This document shows positions 49,581-62,117 of a DNA stretch of 64,000 bases, one piece after another. The stretch spans positions 6,643,232 to 6,707,231 of the forward strand of contig CM119268.1 of NCBI GenBank assembly GCA_051294375.1. Direction: 5' to 3'. Position 1 is the stretch's first letter, and every line of letters begins with the position of its first letter. The translations under genes and the position numbers were made by a program. Below the pieces are notes generated by a model. The model worked only from the letters and a program-made list of their open reading frames with translations. It did no database searches and was not told the DNA's origin. Source of the DNA: Paraspadella gotoi (lineage: Eukaryota > Animalia > Chaetognatha).

Positions 49581-51447
49581 GTCTGGTAAAGAAATAAAAT
49601 ACAAGATAGCCTATTAGAATATTTTATTATATTTTCTATTAAAGTGTACATAGTTGTTGCTTTTGTATACGGATATAATAAGGAGACATAGATGTAAATG
49701 AAATATTTGTTTAGCTAGAGCGTACATCGTTTAAATAAAAAGACATCGACAATTTTTCATTGCCACTTTGTCACGTCAAATTTAAAAAAAAAAGTCCAGA
49801 TATTATACGTACTTAAATTTAATGGGCTTTTTCTTAACTTTGCCAGCATGTTTATGCCAAATTTAGGACCACCCATAAAATTCCTTAATGCTTAATGACG
49901 ATAATAAAATTAGTTTATAAATTTATAACATTAAAAATCCAAAAATGCGAACGTTTTTAGTTTTCAATTTGGATAAAACATGTTGAAATAGATGGTGAAT
50001 TTTTTTTTTTAATGACAATTGATAAAAATACTTTTTTCCTCAAATCCAAAATATTTCAGGATGATCGTTTGTGACTCTGTTATGTATTCTGTAGCCATAG
50101 CTAATTTTTAAACAATTTTCTATATGTAATTGGTATGTAACGAACCAGTATTATAATGATTATACCAAATTATTATATGCAAAATTTGTATAATGAAGTG
50201 ATTTAAAGCAAATAGTTTAAACTTAAGAAACAACGACAAGCTCAGTTGTGCAATTTAAACTTTTTTTGTAATAAAAAATGTTTAAATATGTTTTAAAACA
50301 TTGTAAAATTGTTGATAGCATTTTGCTTTTAAAGAATCACTGATACTAATTTTAGAGATTTTTTTTCAGCAAACGTGCGTTAGAGTTCAAATGATACTTC
50401 CAAAATTGTAAAATTGAGCTTGACGACTCTGTTGATATAAGTATATAATATCAAACGTCAGCGTTCATATTTCATAATCATTCCGGTCGCTTACTACCCA
50501 TACGTATCAATATTCTATATTCAATTAGAGTAAATTGAGAGCTGTTAGTAAACCGACTTCAACCGTAAAGACGTAAATTTCCCTAGTACTAGTAATTAAT
50601 TAAATATATTTTTCCAGCATCTTAAGTACTCGCTAAACAATTATCGGTGAAATCTCAAAAGGAAATTTAATTTACTTTTACTTAGTTTTAACTAAAAGCC
50701 TTTTATCTGTTTAATAACTCGTTTGATTTTAAAGGTAATATCTTGGATTGATAATGAGACATTTAATCTACTTTATTCAATATCATGCAAGTAGTAATTT
50801 GGAATCTTCGATGGCAACTCGCCATCAAATCCAATCATTTATTTTTTAACATCTTGTGGCAAATATATATAAAGATAATATAATATTAGACCAAAAATTA
50901 TACGCATTATTATTCTACATGACATTACATTTTTTTTAAACGTAAGCATGTCCAGTATATATGTAGTATAAATGTTAAATATACTATGCAGTTATTATAC
51001 GTTTGTTACTATTTAATAATGATAAAACCTAAATGATTACACAATAGGAAAACAATGAGAGAGTAGACTCAGCTCCAGAAAAAAAAACAATTATTGTAAG
51101 TTTTGTACCAAAAAACGGAATAAATAAATCAACAAACGGCGAACACGTAAACGCAAAGACTAAAGGCCATCTTAATCTAAAATCAGAAAGGACAGCGTAT
51201 AAAAAGGACAAAATGTAGTAATCGGACCGAATTCATGTTAGTCCGGCTAAGTTCAGTCTACAGATAAAAACCAAACGCAAAAAAGCAAGGTAACTTTTCT
51301 CCGAAATACCAGAGAAATATTCAACTTTTTCAACTCCACAAAATAATCTCGGGGAACGACGAACAATGAAAAACGCTAACTAAGGCCATCAAATATGGGC
51401 TGCCCTTCTTCGTCCTTTCTTCTCTCTCCATTTTTCGTATACGGGAT

Positions 51448-53601
51448 TCACTTCTTCGTCTTAAAGGAGACGCTGAGCGGCTTCATAGAATTCCCCCGGA
51501 AGGGCATTCCGTGCAGGGCATCGATGGCGAGCAGGGCCGCGTCGTAATCGGGCATCTCCACAAACCCAAAGCCTTTGCATTTGGCCGAAGCGTCGTGAGA
51601 CTCGCGCATAACGTGCACCTAAGGTAGTATGTTATTTTTTTTTAAATTGATTTTAATATTTAATTTGTGTCACTTCGGTTTTTTTTTTCATATTTACAGA
51701 TATAATACATTCGAGATACTTACTTTGGTCACGGCACCAAAGGGAGCAAAAAGCATGTAAAGGGCAAGCTCGTCGGCGTCCGGACCGAGATTGTAAACAA
51801 ACAGCTGGTGACTTCTTTGCGCCAATGCATCCTGACGCAAATATTATTTTTTTTTTACATACGATCCATGATATTAATTAGGTCGAACTTTATTACAAAA
51901 CGGAAGGATTTAAAAGGAGACCTGCAGGGAAAACTTTGGCCTGTGAATGACCGGTTGGTGAAACAAATGCGGAACGGCGGTCATCGAGTGATTGACGGAA
52001 TGTAAACGAGATTGCACGGAGACTGGCTGCGGAGGTGGGGGAGGGAGAGGACGTCGGGTGGGCCCGTTGACGCCGCCGCCGTCGGGAGCGAGGTCGACGA
52101 CGTCGAGATTGGCTGAGCCGGTCGGACCGGCAGCATGGTTCGACGCCGTTACGGGGACGTAGTGATGGACTATATGTTGGACGCCCCCGGTGGGAGATTT
52201 GATGGTCTCTTCGCGAGTCCACCCAGGGTCGGGAAGGGAATCGCGGAGGCCGTACCTGACATATAAAGATAGAAAAAATATATCGGCGTCAAAGTATGCA
52301 TTGCATTTTATTTTATTTTATTTTATCATTCTTTTTTAATTCATTTTTTCATAATACCTAGTGCCATGATAAATGAAAGAAAAAAGCTAAAATAAATAAA
52401 GCGAAATATTCATTAGTCAGCCTTACCAAAAGTGTTCGTAGGAAGGCGCCGAGGCTCTGTTGATCGTCTCTTCTTTGGGTCTGACGATGAGATTTTTGGT
52501 GGATCCCGGAAGGCGGGTGTCGTGAAGGCCGGAGATGGCGTCCTCGGCCTCTTGACGTCGGGAAAAGTGGACAAAAGCCACCCCCTTGGAGGCAGCCGTG
52601 TTGGGATCTCTGACTAGTTTGCAGTTGCGGACTTCGCCGTAGGGAGAGAAGTAGTCGCGAAGAGTCGTCTCATCCATCGCCTACGATTCGGCATTAAATT
52701 TACCCGAAAATTGTCAAAATAAAAAGGGGGTGTCAGATAAAAAAAAAATATTCTCACTTTGGGAATGTTGGCGACGTAAAGATGGGGATTAGTGCTCTTA
52801 GGTTCGTCTTTTTTCTTTACCACCATCTCTTTTTCTGTTCCGGGATAAACTTTTCCGTTCAACTCGTGAATGGCGGCTTCCGCTTCGGCGGTTTTCGAGA
52901 ACAGCACGAACGCGAACCCGCGGGATTTTCCTGTCGGAAGTAAATGACTTGAGTGCGTCGAACTGGGGAAGGGGCATCTCCGCATTAACGTACCCGTCTC
53001 GGGATTGACGACCAACTTGCAGTTGTAAACCTTGCCGTGCTCCTCGAACATGGCCTTGAGTCTATCTTCTGTGGCGCAGTCGGGAAGATCAGCCACGTAA
53101 AGATTCGCATCGCGCGTCGATTCTCGAGTCTGCTTCGGCCGAGCGATGGAAACCTGGTGAAGATCACAAGGCTTCTAATATTTTAAGACAGAATAACTTG
53201 TGGTTCATTTCGAATAAAGTCAACAATATTTAAGATGCCCCCCGTTAGATCTACATTTAAATAATGGCATTTAATAAAAAAAAAAAGCCTTTAAATAACG
53301 TTCTGAAAAACCGAAAACATCTAAAACAGCTTATGAAAAAAAAACCAACCTTCATAGTCTTGCCTTCCCTCTGCTTCCCGTTGTAAGCGTCAATCGCCTC
53401 CAGTCCGTGCTTGGGGTCCTTGTAATGCACAAACCCAAAAGCGAGAGACTCTCCCGCTTTGTTGCGCATCAGCTTGTAGGCCTCCAGCGGCCCAATGCGG
53501 GAGAACATGGCCGCGAAACCTTCGTCAGTCAGCGAGGACGGCAAGTAGTTGACGATGAGGTTGGAGCTGTCGAGCTCCCCGTCCTCCTCCATCGCCGTCA
53601 T
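51448..53601 (-). CDS. ELAV/Hu/Sex-lethal-like RNA-binding protein with four RRMs
   Basis: RRM1 NLIVNYLP...SLAFGFVHY...KTMKVSIARP, two RRM2-like domains ([17 protein letters not shown]; [17 protein letters not shown]) and a terminal [37 protein letters not shown]. Confidence 0.88.
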
Positions 53602-54100
53602 GGTCTCGATGGAATCCAGTTTCTTCTTCGTCGCTCGGCGATTCGATTGGCAAAGTTTGAGGACAACGATCCCGACGAAAGAGGATTTTCTTATTATGGC
53701 CTTCGATCGATTTGACGCGCTTCAAGACATGGTACTGAGCGCGTGCGACGGAAAGGCATTAGAGCGTCAGTAGGTATTGCACGTGGCACATTTGGCATGA
53801 TTTCAAAGATAGTTCCTTGAAAGTGAATGTTGAGTGTAAAAAAAAATGGAATACGAAAATATAGAAATGTGTCGAGTAAAAAATCCCCGAAAAACGAACC
53901 CAGGGGAGTAAAGATGAAAATCTACTGCAGTTAACAAGGTTCGACTTGATAATTTCGTATCAAAAATATCGTGATTGCATTTCGCACAAGGTGGTAAATA
54001 AACTTAAATAATCAATCAAACAAAAGCATGCTTTCGCGGGCATTCCGAGACCAGATATTGCGTGTACTAAAGACTAAAGAATGCAATGATGAATAAAGCA

Positions 54101-55865
54101 TCAGTTATTCCATTTGGCCTTAAAAATGGTTGATATGCTAGGGTAAGCAACCCAGAGAGACTCGTCGTCGGAAAGCGCGATGGAAACGGGACCCTCGGCA
54201 GTGGGAGTCGAATCCGAAACGCAAGCCTGCGATGTCGACAAGACGAGACTTTTTTATTATTATTTTTGAACCAATGTTACATACTTAGTAAGTTTTGCTA
54301 TCGTAAAAACATTTTTTTTAAGTCTCCGACAATGCAAACTAATTCTATCCTGACCTGTCGCCAAAGAGGTTCCCCGTGAACGACGAAAGTAAATCGCCAA
54401 GACATGGAGGCGACGCCAGCGGAATCCGTGGCATAGGCAGACACGCAATTTCGTTGAGTGTCGGCGATGAGCAAAAGATTCCGCGGGCTGCGATTTTTCG
54501 TAAAACATAATTAAGAAACCATCGCGAGTGTAAAATATTTTCTTAGTTTGCCTTGGCAAACCAGCATAATAAAAAAATCCACCTATGATAGACAACGTCG
54601 CATGGCATCATCATATTTGCGTCACCAGTCCCTCGACCCTCGCCTAATAAATACATCAGCTGAACGTTTTTGTCGAATACTTTGACGGCGGGATTGTCGG
54701 TGCTCGAATCACAGACGTAGCTTCGAACGAAAAATGTGACGAGATAAACAAATTGGCTCCTGCTTTCCATCTAAAAGGAAACAACTCACATGTTCTGCTC
54801 CTTGTCCACCGCGATTCCAAGGGGTTTTAACAGAGTCGGCGTCGCAGATACTTTTTCCTTGGGATTAGGTTTTCGAGGTTTCTCCCACAAGTGAGAACCG
54901 TTAGAGGCGGAAAAGGCACGTACCGAGTTCGAGGTAGAGTCTGTGACGAGGAAACGCGATCCCGTCTCGTCAAAGACGATGCTGCGCCGAAATCAAATAC
55001 AACAATAAACATTAACTATACAAAGGATTACAGGTCATCTACCTGAATAAGGGCCTGGCCGCTTTCTTATCGACCACGTATCGCGATTTGACAGTGAATT
55101 CGAAGCCAGGTTTAAAGTCGAGAAAGGGGCGAACCGTGGCGTTGACGATGCGGTGACTCTCTTTCTTCAAACCCAGCATTTTTGATACCTGAGAATAGAC
55201 GGCAAGGGTGTTAGGAATTGGAGGGACGTGGGAAGGATCAGGAAAAGTGTCTTACCTTAATATCTTCCGTGACGACGATGACAATGGCTTCGCCAGGGAT
55301 GACGCACAAACACTCGACGCCACCGGACATGGCAAAATTGCGGAGATACTTGCCGTTTTTATCGAAGACCTGATCAAAACCAACTAAAAGCTATGAATCA
55401 CAGGCTTAACTCACATAAGCAGAGAATGGAGTCGAGGAAACTGCCACAACTTCTCCCACTGATACCTTGATCCTAGGTTGGCCGAGTTCTGCGACGAAAA
55501 GTTCATGGGATTTAGGATCGACGGCGAGAAGAGAGGGATGCCAGGCCGGGGCGCCGAGAAGAGGACCGCATCCCGTCTCGTCAATGCGCAGAAGGATCGT
55601 TGCGCTCTTCGTGTCTGCGTTGTAGAAAATTTTAAAATACGCAGTGATTTCCTAAAATTCGCGATTGATTCAGTACAAAGGGAGTGATGAGCTTTGGTAA
55701 CTGAATTGATTGTCTTACAAACTTTAAACTATCAATCATCCGTTTTTTTTTATAAGGAAACTCACCTGACGGAGTAGGTTCGTCTTTAGCAGTGACCGAC
55801 CAGGCCTTTTGTCCTGAGGGATGCGGACGAGGACGGGTGGAGGGATGACTCAAGCGAGATGACAT
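54101..55865 (-). CDS. NHL-repeat (beta-propeller) protein, many small exons
   Basis: Manual splicing yields LAVDPKSHELFVAELGQPRIKVFDKNGKYLRNF, IVFDETGSRFLVTDS, PLGIAVDKEQNIYVCDS...VKVFD, LLIADTQRNCV and PVSIALSDDESLWVA. Largely missed by the ORF track. Confidence 0.75.
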
Positions 55866-56258
55866 GATGAGGGTTTGATGAATTCGAATAGCTATGTTTT
55901 AAATGTTAATTTTAATTTTTCATAGTTAAGGCCATTCAAGTAAAACGACTTTTAAAATAATCGTAAAGTTATGTTCCAACGCCGACCCAGAATAATAATT
56001 GTTAAATAGATAGATAAATAACCATCACAATTTTTAGTAGCTGGTTCTGTGCATTTGCGATAACCTATGTAAAATAACAAAGCAACAGTTAAATGTAAAA
56101 ATGTAACATCTTGGAGGAGAATTCTCACAAGAGAAATCCCATTATGTATTTGGAATCAATTTCAAAGGGGTACGTAAGCACTGAAGAATGATAATTTTTA
56201 AAATGAATGTTCTTCTCAGAGATAAATCAATATACGTGAACAATAACAAACAAACTTT

Positions 56259-57650
56259 TCAAGGACAGGTGCTATCGGCGACGGCTCGAGTGCTGGTTGT
56301 TGCGGGTACGATGGGAAGCAGCTGCGGCCGCGGCGGCAAGGAGGACGCCGACGATGGAGTCGAGGACCGCGTCGCGGATCCGACTTCATCGACGGTTTCC
56401 TTCGCCGCCGGCGCCGATTCCTCTTCCACTTCCTTTTTGAAAGGGATGCCGGGCATGACGCCGGCTTCGACAGGCGGACGCGAAGCCGTTCCATTGAGTC
56501 TCGATGCGTCCGTTTCGTCGGGGTGAGCGTAACCGTTGAGCCGAGGGGCGGAGGGTTTCACAGAGTCTTCGGCGCCGGGTTTCGAATCCGCTAGCGAGGG
56601 GGCCGAGGTATCTTCCGAAACTCCGTTGATCTCGTCATTGATCGTCGTCAAGGTGACGACTTTGGAGTTCGAGGATCCAGAGGAAGTTTTTAATTTTTTA
56701 TTATCAAGCATTTCGGTTTGCATCTCCTCCCGTTTCGCTTTTGTTTTCAGATCCACGGAGACAATCACGCAATCCAAAACCATGGGAGAGTCTTTCCCGA
56801 ACCAGTGTCTAAGAAAATCACTATAAACGGCTAAGTTTTGAACCAATACACGTTATCTGGAACAAACCTACCTCAAAGATACGCTCTTGAGCGTAGAGAA
56901 TGGCGACAAGAGCGAGTCGTTGCACAGCATCTCCAGAGACAAATGAGAGGGTATGGAGAGCAGTCTCGAGACCAGCGCGACGACATGCGCTACCCGCGCG
57001 CGAGAGGAGCAACGTAAAAACCGCCGCTTGAATGTTCTCAGAGGCGTCTGCAGTGTATGGAGCGAGGCGTTGATGCACGAAGCGGGGAGCGGTTGCAGCG
57101 ACAAGGAAATGTGCTCGTCCGAGGCGTGACTGTGAAGGGGATGGAGTTTTGAAAAAATAAATATCGCGAAGCAAGAAAAGAGGAACACGGACGAACCCGT
57201 TAGATCTGCGCGTTTCTGTGACCGCTAGGGAGTGCTTCTGCTCCGAAGACTGATCGTCGTCGAGTCCCCGAGATTTGTAAAAGTGCTTCCTCCGCTCCTC
57301 CTCGGCTTCGTATAGATGGGGAACGAGTTTAAAGACTATATCCTGGAATACAACAAAATCGTTGTCACAATTGGTTGTCACAAAATAAGCAACCCAGATT
57401 TGCTGTGGCTCACCTGGAGTGTTCTGTCCGACCTTAGATTGATAAGCGGTTGCGTTTCGTGTATTTTGGTGTTGCAATTGGGACAAAATTTAGATTTTTG
57501 CAAATATTTGACGATACAACTTTTGCAAAATGTGTGCAAACATTCAGTTATGGTAGTTGCGTCTATATAATATCCAGCGCATAGAATGCAAACAATATGA
57601 GCGTTTAGTTCTCTAATTTCGATTGTCAATGGCTTGTCCGGATCCATCAT
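56259..57650 (-). CDS. PCGF1: Polycomb group RING finger protein (PCGF1-like): RING plus RAWUL plus disordered tail
   Basis: [55 protein letters not shown]...[17 protein letters not shown] and the [19 protein letters not shown]. Confidence 0.88.
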
Positions 57651-57836
57651 CAAAGAACTTTATTCTAGTTATCGTTATGAATATATTTTAAAATTCATGA
57701 TGAAAAATAAAAAAGATAGAAAAATAAGTAACCATCACTTGGGACATTTCGAAAGGTCAGACTAAACGATGCTAGCTGCATTAACGATCAATGCACCGCT
57801 ACGAAATTTTGACTATTGCTACCTTTTTTAATTGCA

Positions 57837-60800
57837 CTATCCCAAAAAGTCGTCAAGTTCTAATGCGGCGTCCACCTTCCCAGAATCGATTAGCGGCGCA
57901 GCGAGTCTCTCTTGAGTGTTGGGCGCGGGCAAAGATATTTGTCCACCCGAAGCTAGAGGCGCCAGGCAAGGTCCTGCAAGTGGCTGTGATGGCGGAAGCG
58001 CTGGCGGCTGCCTGACCATTTGATTGAGAGAAGGCGGCCGGCCTTGACCGCCGAATGGAAGCAGATTGTCTAGCGATGAAGAAGACGCGAATCGCGTTGG
58101 GTTTGACAAGTTTGGGTTCACGGTCTGGGGAGCTAAAAAGGAAGAACTATTCGGATATAGACCAGCCTGAGAAGACATTAACCCGGGATTTATTTGCATT
58201 GGCATCGTTGATGCGGAAAAGGGTGCTGCAATGCCACCAAACGTCGGTTGCGGTGCAGACGGCATGGTATTAACGGCCGTCGTTGGGGCAAACGTGGCAC
58301 TGGCAAAGGCGTTACCACCCGGAGCCAGCGGAGTCGGCATTTGACTCATCACTTGTCCGGTCCGGCTCGGATGCGGAGTTAGGCCAGAAAAGGACGAGGC
58401 CGCTGAGGCGGGATTAACAGTCCGCGAAGGAGCCGCAGCCGGAAAAGGAGTCGACTTGAGAAGCGTTTGAGTCAAGTCTTTCGTATTTGTCATCGTTGAC
58501 GCGGATTGTCCGAACGAGGCTGAAGCTGAAGATTGAAAAGGAGCGGAGATCGAAGCAGCGGCTGTGGGCGTGGCGCTCGATGATATTTTGATCGGGCTCT
58601 GGCGTTTCATCATGTTCGTGTTTTCTTGCTCCTTCGCCAGACGCATCTTCTCCTCTAAAGTCAAAGAGTTGGCAGTCTTGGTGGACGTCCGTTGGGGAGA
58701 AGGCTTCGGCGTTGCTTCTCCAATTTCTTTCTGGCCCAACATCATCTTTTTCAGTCCGTCCTCGGAAAAATCGTCGGGCATCGATGTGTCGCTGGCCGTC
58801 TGCAGTTGTGTCAGTTGAGATCTAAAAAAAGTGGGGGATGCTAAATCACAATCGGATTAGAATCTATCACACTTGATTTCGCTGACCTCCTCTCCGTTTC
58901 GACTTGAGTTATCATTTGCTGGATGACTTTTGAAAAGGCATCAAACTGGGAGAGACTAAGCGAGGATTCCATCATGATAGGTATGAGGAATGGAAGCACC
59001 TTTCCCGCCAAAATTTCCAAGGTTATACCAAGTTTCTGAAAGATTTATGTACACGACCGGTTTCAGGCTTTGAAAATCTTGACAGGTCTGGTTAGTTCCA
59101 CGGACTCACCGGATGAGTAAGAGCAGTTTTATAAATGCCTAAGACGGCCATGAGAATGGCCGGTTCGGAAGTCTTAAAAAGAGGAAGTATGGGAAGCACC
59201 TCGTCCAGTACCAGCCATTTGTCGCAATGCTCCAAAATTTTTCCCAAGCAAACCAAGCAGTTTACTCTCACACTCACTGGAAAACGGGCAATTGCTACTG
59301 AAACAAAACGACCTAAACATCAATTATTACGACCATAATAACTAACCTGCTGTGGAGTCTATGGCCAACTTCTTTATTCGTGGAATAATAGAATTTCTAA
59401 AAGAGTTGTAATCAAGCATAGATGCGAAGGCCGGTAGGTTGACCAAACACAACTCTTGAATTTCGGGATGTGGAGCTTCCAACGCCCGATATATCATTGG
59501 CAAAACGTGCTCCTATTTAAAAGTATTAAAATCTTTATGAAAGAATAAATTAGTTGTGGATAAAAATAAGGAAATGTCAAACCTTAATGTGTTGCTGTTT
59601 GGCTTTCGCCAATATTATACTCATGTTCTGCATAAATATGAGCAAAATTTGAATTGGATCCTGCACGAGCATCAACGGCAACAGCAAGGGTTGAACGAAA
59701 GAATTGTATTCTTCCCCCGTAGCTTGTTCGCCTAAAAAACATCTTCGAAGATCAATTTTGATCAATAGGAAAATAAAAAAGGGGATAATAAAAATTCTAC
59801 GAACCAATAATGAAGATATTGGGAAGAATGAAAGGAACCATCTCTTTGTGATGCAACTCATTAGCCAAGCAAGTCAAAACTCTCTGAAGGCAAACCCTTT
59901 TCGGAAGTTTTTTAATTATCGCTGGTAGACTGCGATAGAATTTGGATCGAGCGAGATTGTCCTAGGAAGGAAAACGTTCACCTTAAACTTATACAAAAAT
60001 TAAACTAAGCGACGTTTGAAGGCACCTTCTCGAAAAGAGTGTCGAGAAAGTGAAGAGCCATAGCCCCGACATCTTCGAAAAAGGGAATCTTGCTCAGCTG
60101 CTCCGCGTCCGGCCGAACTGAGGAAAGAAAAGGGTACGAATGTAGTACGTATAAAAGATATAATATAATAATAATATAATATAATTATATATACCGGAGG
60201 GCTCTAGGTTAAGAAGCAGCTTGACGTGATCGCGAGCTTCCACGGGAATGCTATTGAGCATCACAGCCGAAGTCGTTTTTCTCTTTTCGAACTGAGACTT
60301 TTGATTGCTAAACGCAGATAAGAGAATCTCATTGTCTCCAACTTAAGTTAGAAAAACCAAGGCGTACATATTTAATATTAACAAGGTAGCTGTACCTGTA
60401 GCTTCCTTTGCATTCACTGACCGGGCGTCCGTCATTAAATAAGGCGTGGAAAAGAACACCGACTGAATACATATCGCTGTTATGACAGAAATTCTTCCAA
60501 TTAATATACAGTAATTACGCAGTAATTTCAACGCAAGTACACCAACCATCATCCTATGAATATTTATCAGCAGGATAATTAACACCTGTTCGGTCCACAC
60601 ATGAGTGTGAGAAAATATTCAGGCGCCATGTAGTCTAAATTCGGCTGGCAAATAGTAGGCGAATTTGGATTCCAGTGGGGACATGGGTAAGAAGCTGGTT
60701 CACCGGCCTGAGCTGAATTCGACAAGCAACACTCAAAACCTGAAAGAGGATTGGAAGTTTAACCGCGCTGATTGAAAGGGCTTGAAGCGAATTTCGTGAT

Positions 60801-61752
60801 TTTTACCCCCGACTTTCCAAGAGCCGTTATTATTGATATAAACATTCTCTGGGGTTAAATTCCTGTGAATCATCTTGACGTCGCGGTGTAAGAACGCCAA
60901 CGCTTCCGACACTTGAAGTAGGCCGTATTTGATTTCCACCTCGTGAAGCTCAAAATCTGCGAAAAGAAACCAAACTAAATCATGCAACCACCACCACATA
61001 AAACAAAATCTTTCCAGAAGGCAAAACACAATGACCCACTTTTAAAAAGGGCTCCTTTTTTGTCCAAAACGTTTGCGAGGCTACCAAAGACAGGCTCCGT
61101 GCAAAAGGCAAGAGAGTCGCGAGATTCTTCGAGCGGGTGCTGCACGGTCAGGAGTCGAGGATGACGTAGACGCGTGAGGCGGGAGACGCCCGAACGAAGA
61201 AAATCAAGTACGTATTCACGATCTGATTATAAAAGGATGTGTATACTGTATAGTCTCTAGCCGATAGAGGTTAACGATATTTATTATTTAATGATTGGTT
61301 TTTCATTCTCACCGCCTTTTGAAAGTCCCTCGATAACCTTCTTTTCAAAAAGAAATATGGACACTTCTTGCTTAGTGGATTTCTTTACCCCAGAATAGAT
61401 TTTCCAATGACCGTCCGGCCCGCCGGACCCAGTTAAATGACCTTGCAAAGTTAATTACAACAGTGACCTTAAAAATTGTATTAAAAAAAAAAACGAATAT
61501 TCTCACCAGCATCGTATTCTCTCGTAATAGGGTTTCCAGGCAAAACGCTTGAGGCAACTTTTAAACCGCTCGTGAATTTCTGTCATGAAACATTTAATAA
61601 TTAAATACAACGGCAAAGAGTACAATGTCCAAGAAGATATCTTTGTAACGGACCCTAAACATGTCGACTTTGATTCCGCGAGTTTGCTTCCCTAACTCAT
61701 CGGCCAATGCCTTGGCCTGAGCGCAGGCGTCCTTGGCAGATTCCGACATCAT
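57837..61752 (-). CDS. SCYL2: SCY1-like pseudokinase 2 (CVAK104), multi-exon; start uncertain
   Basis: VLPGNPITREYD, LTRLRHPRLLTVQHPLEESRDSLAFCTEPVF, EVEIKYGLLQVSEALAFLH, PNLDYMAPEY, SVRVNCLVCLGK, LTLEEKMRLAKEQE and a terminal ELDDFLG. Confidence 0.93.
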
Positions 61753-62117
61753 CTTGGCTCCACGCCTTGTTACGTGCCGACGAGTTTTTTCAAAAGCGAC
61801 ATATTACCCAATTTTCTTCAAGTTTCTTTTATGAAAAAAAATTTGATGACATTTGAATTATTTAATTATCAAAAAGAATATTTAAATATTTATTTTCATT
61901 AGAATTCCAACTAATGCAAGGCTCGTACACGTGTTACCATTTTTCTAAAATTACATTCACACTGTTGAGCGTATAAGGTTTTAAATACAATAAAAAATAA
62001 AAAATATAAAATAGACGTAAGGTAAGGAATAAAATAAGCTCATTTTTTTCAATTAAAACACTGGAAACGGATACACGGCAAAATTAATTGTATCCATTTT
62101 AGCATCACAGAGGGAGA

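Noticed and set aside
49620-51440. Hidden gene or SL RNA in the longest AT-rich gap
   Set aside because: No credible ORF, tRNA fold or leader-GT-Sm site arrangement was visible by eye. It is more likely the ELAV-like 3' UTR plus a promoter.
61770-61802. MSLLKKLVGT as the SCYL2 N-terminus
   Set aside because: It ends in TAA after 10 codons and I found no in-phase splice. ATG 61752 (or the later MFR) joins the conserved exon in frame.
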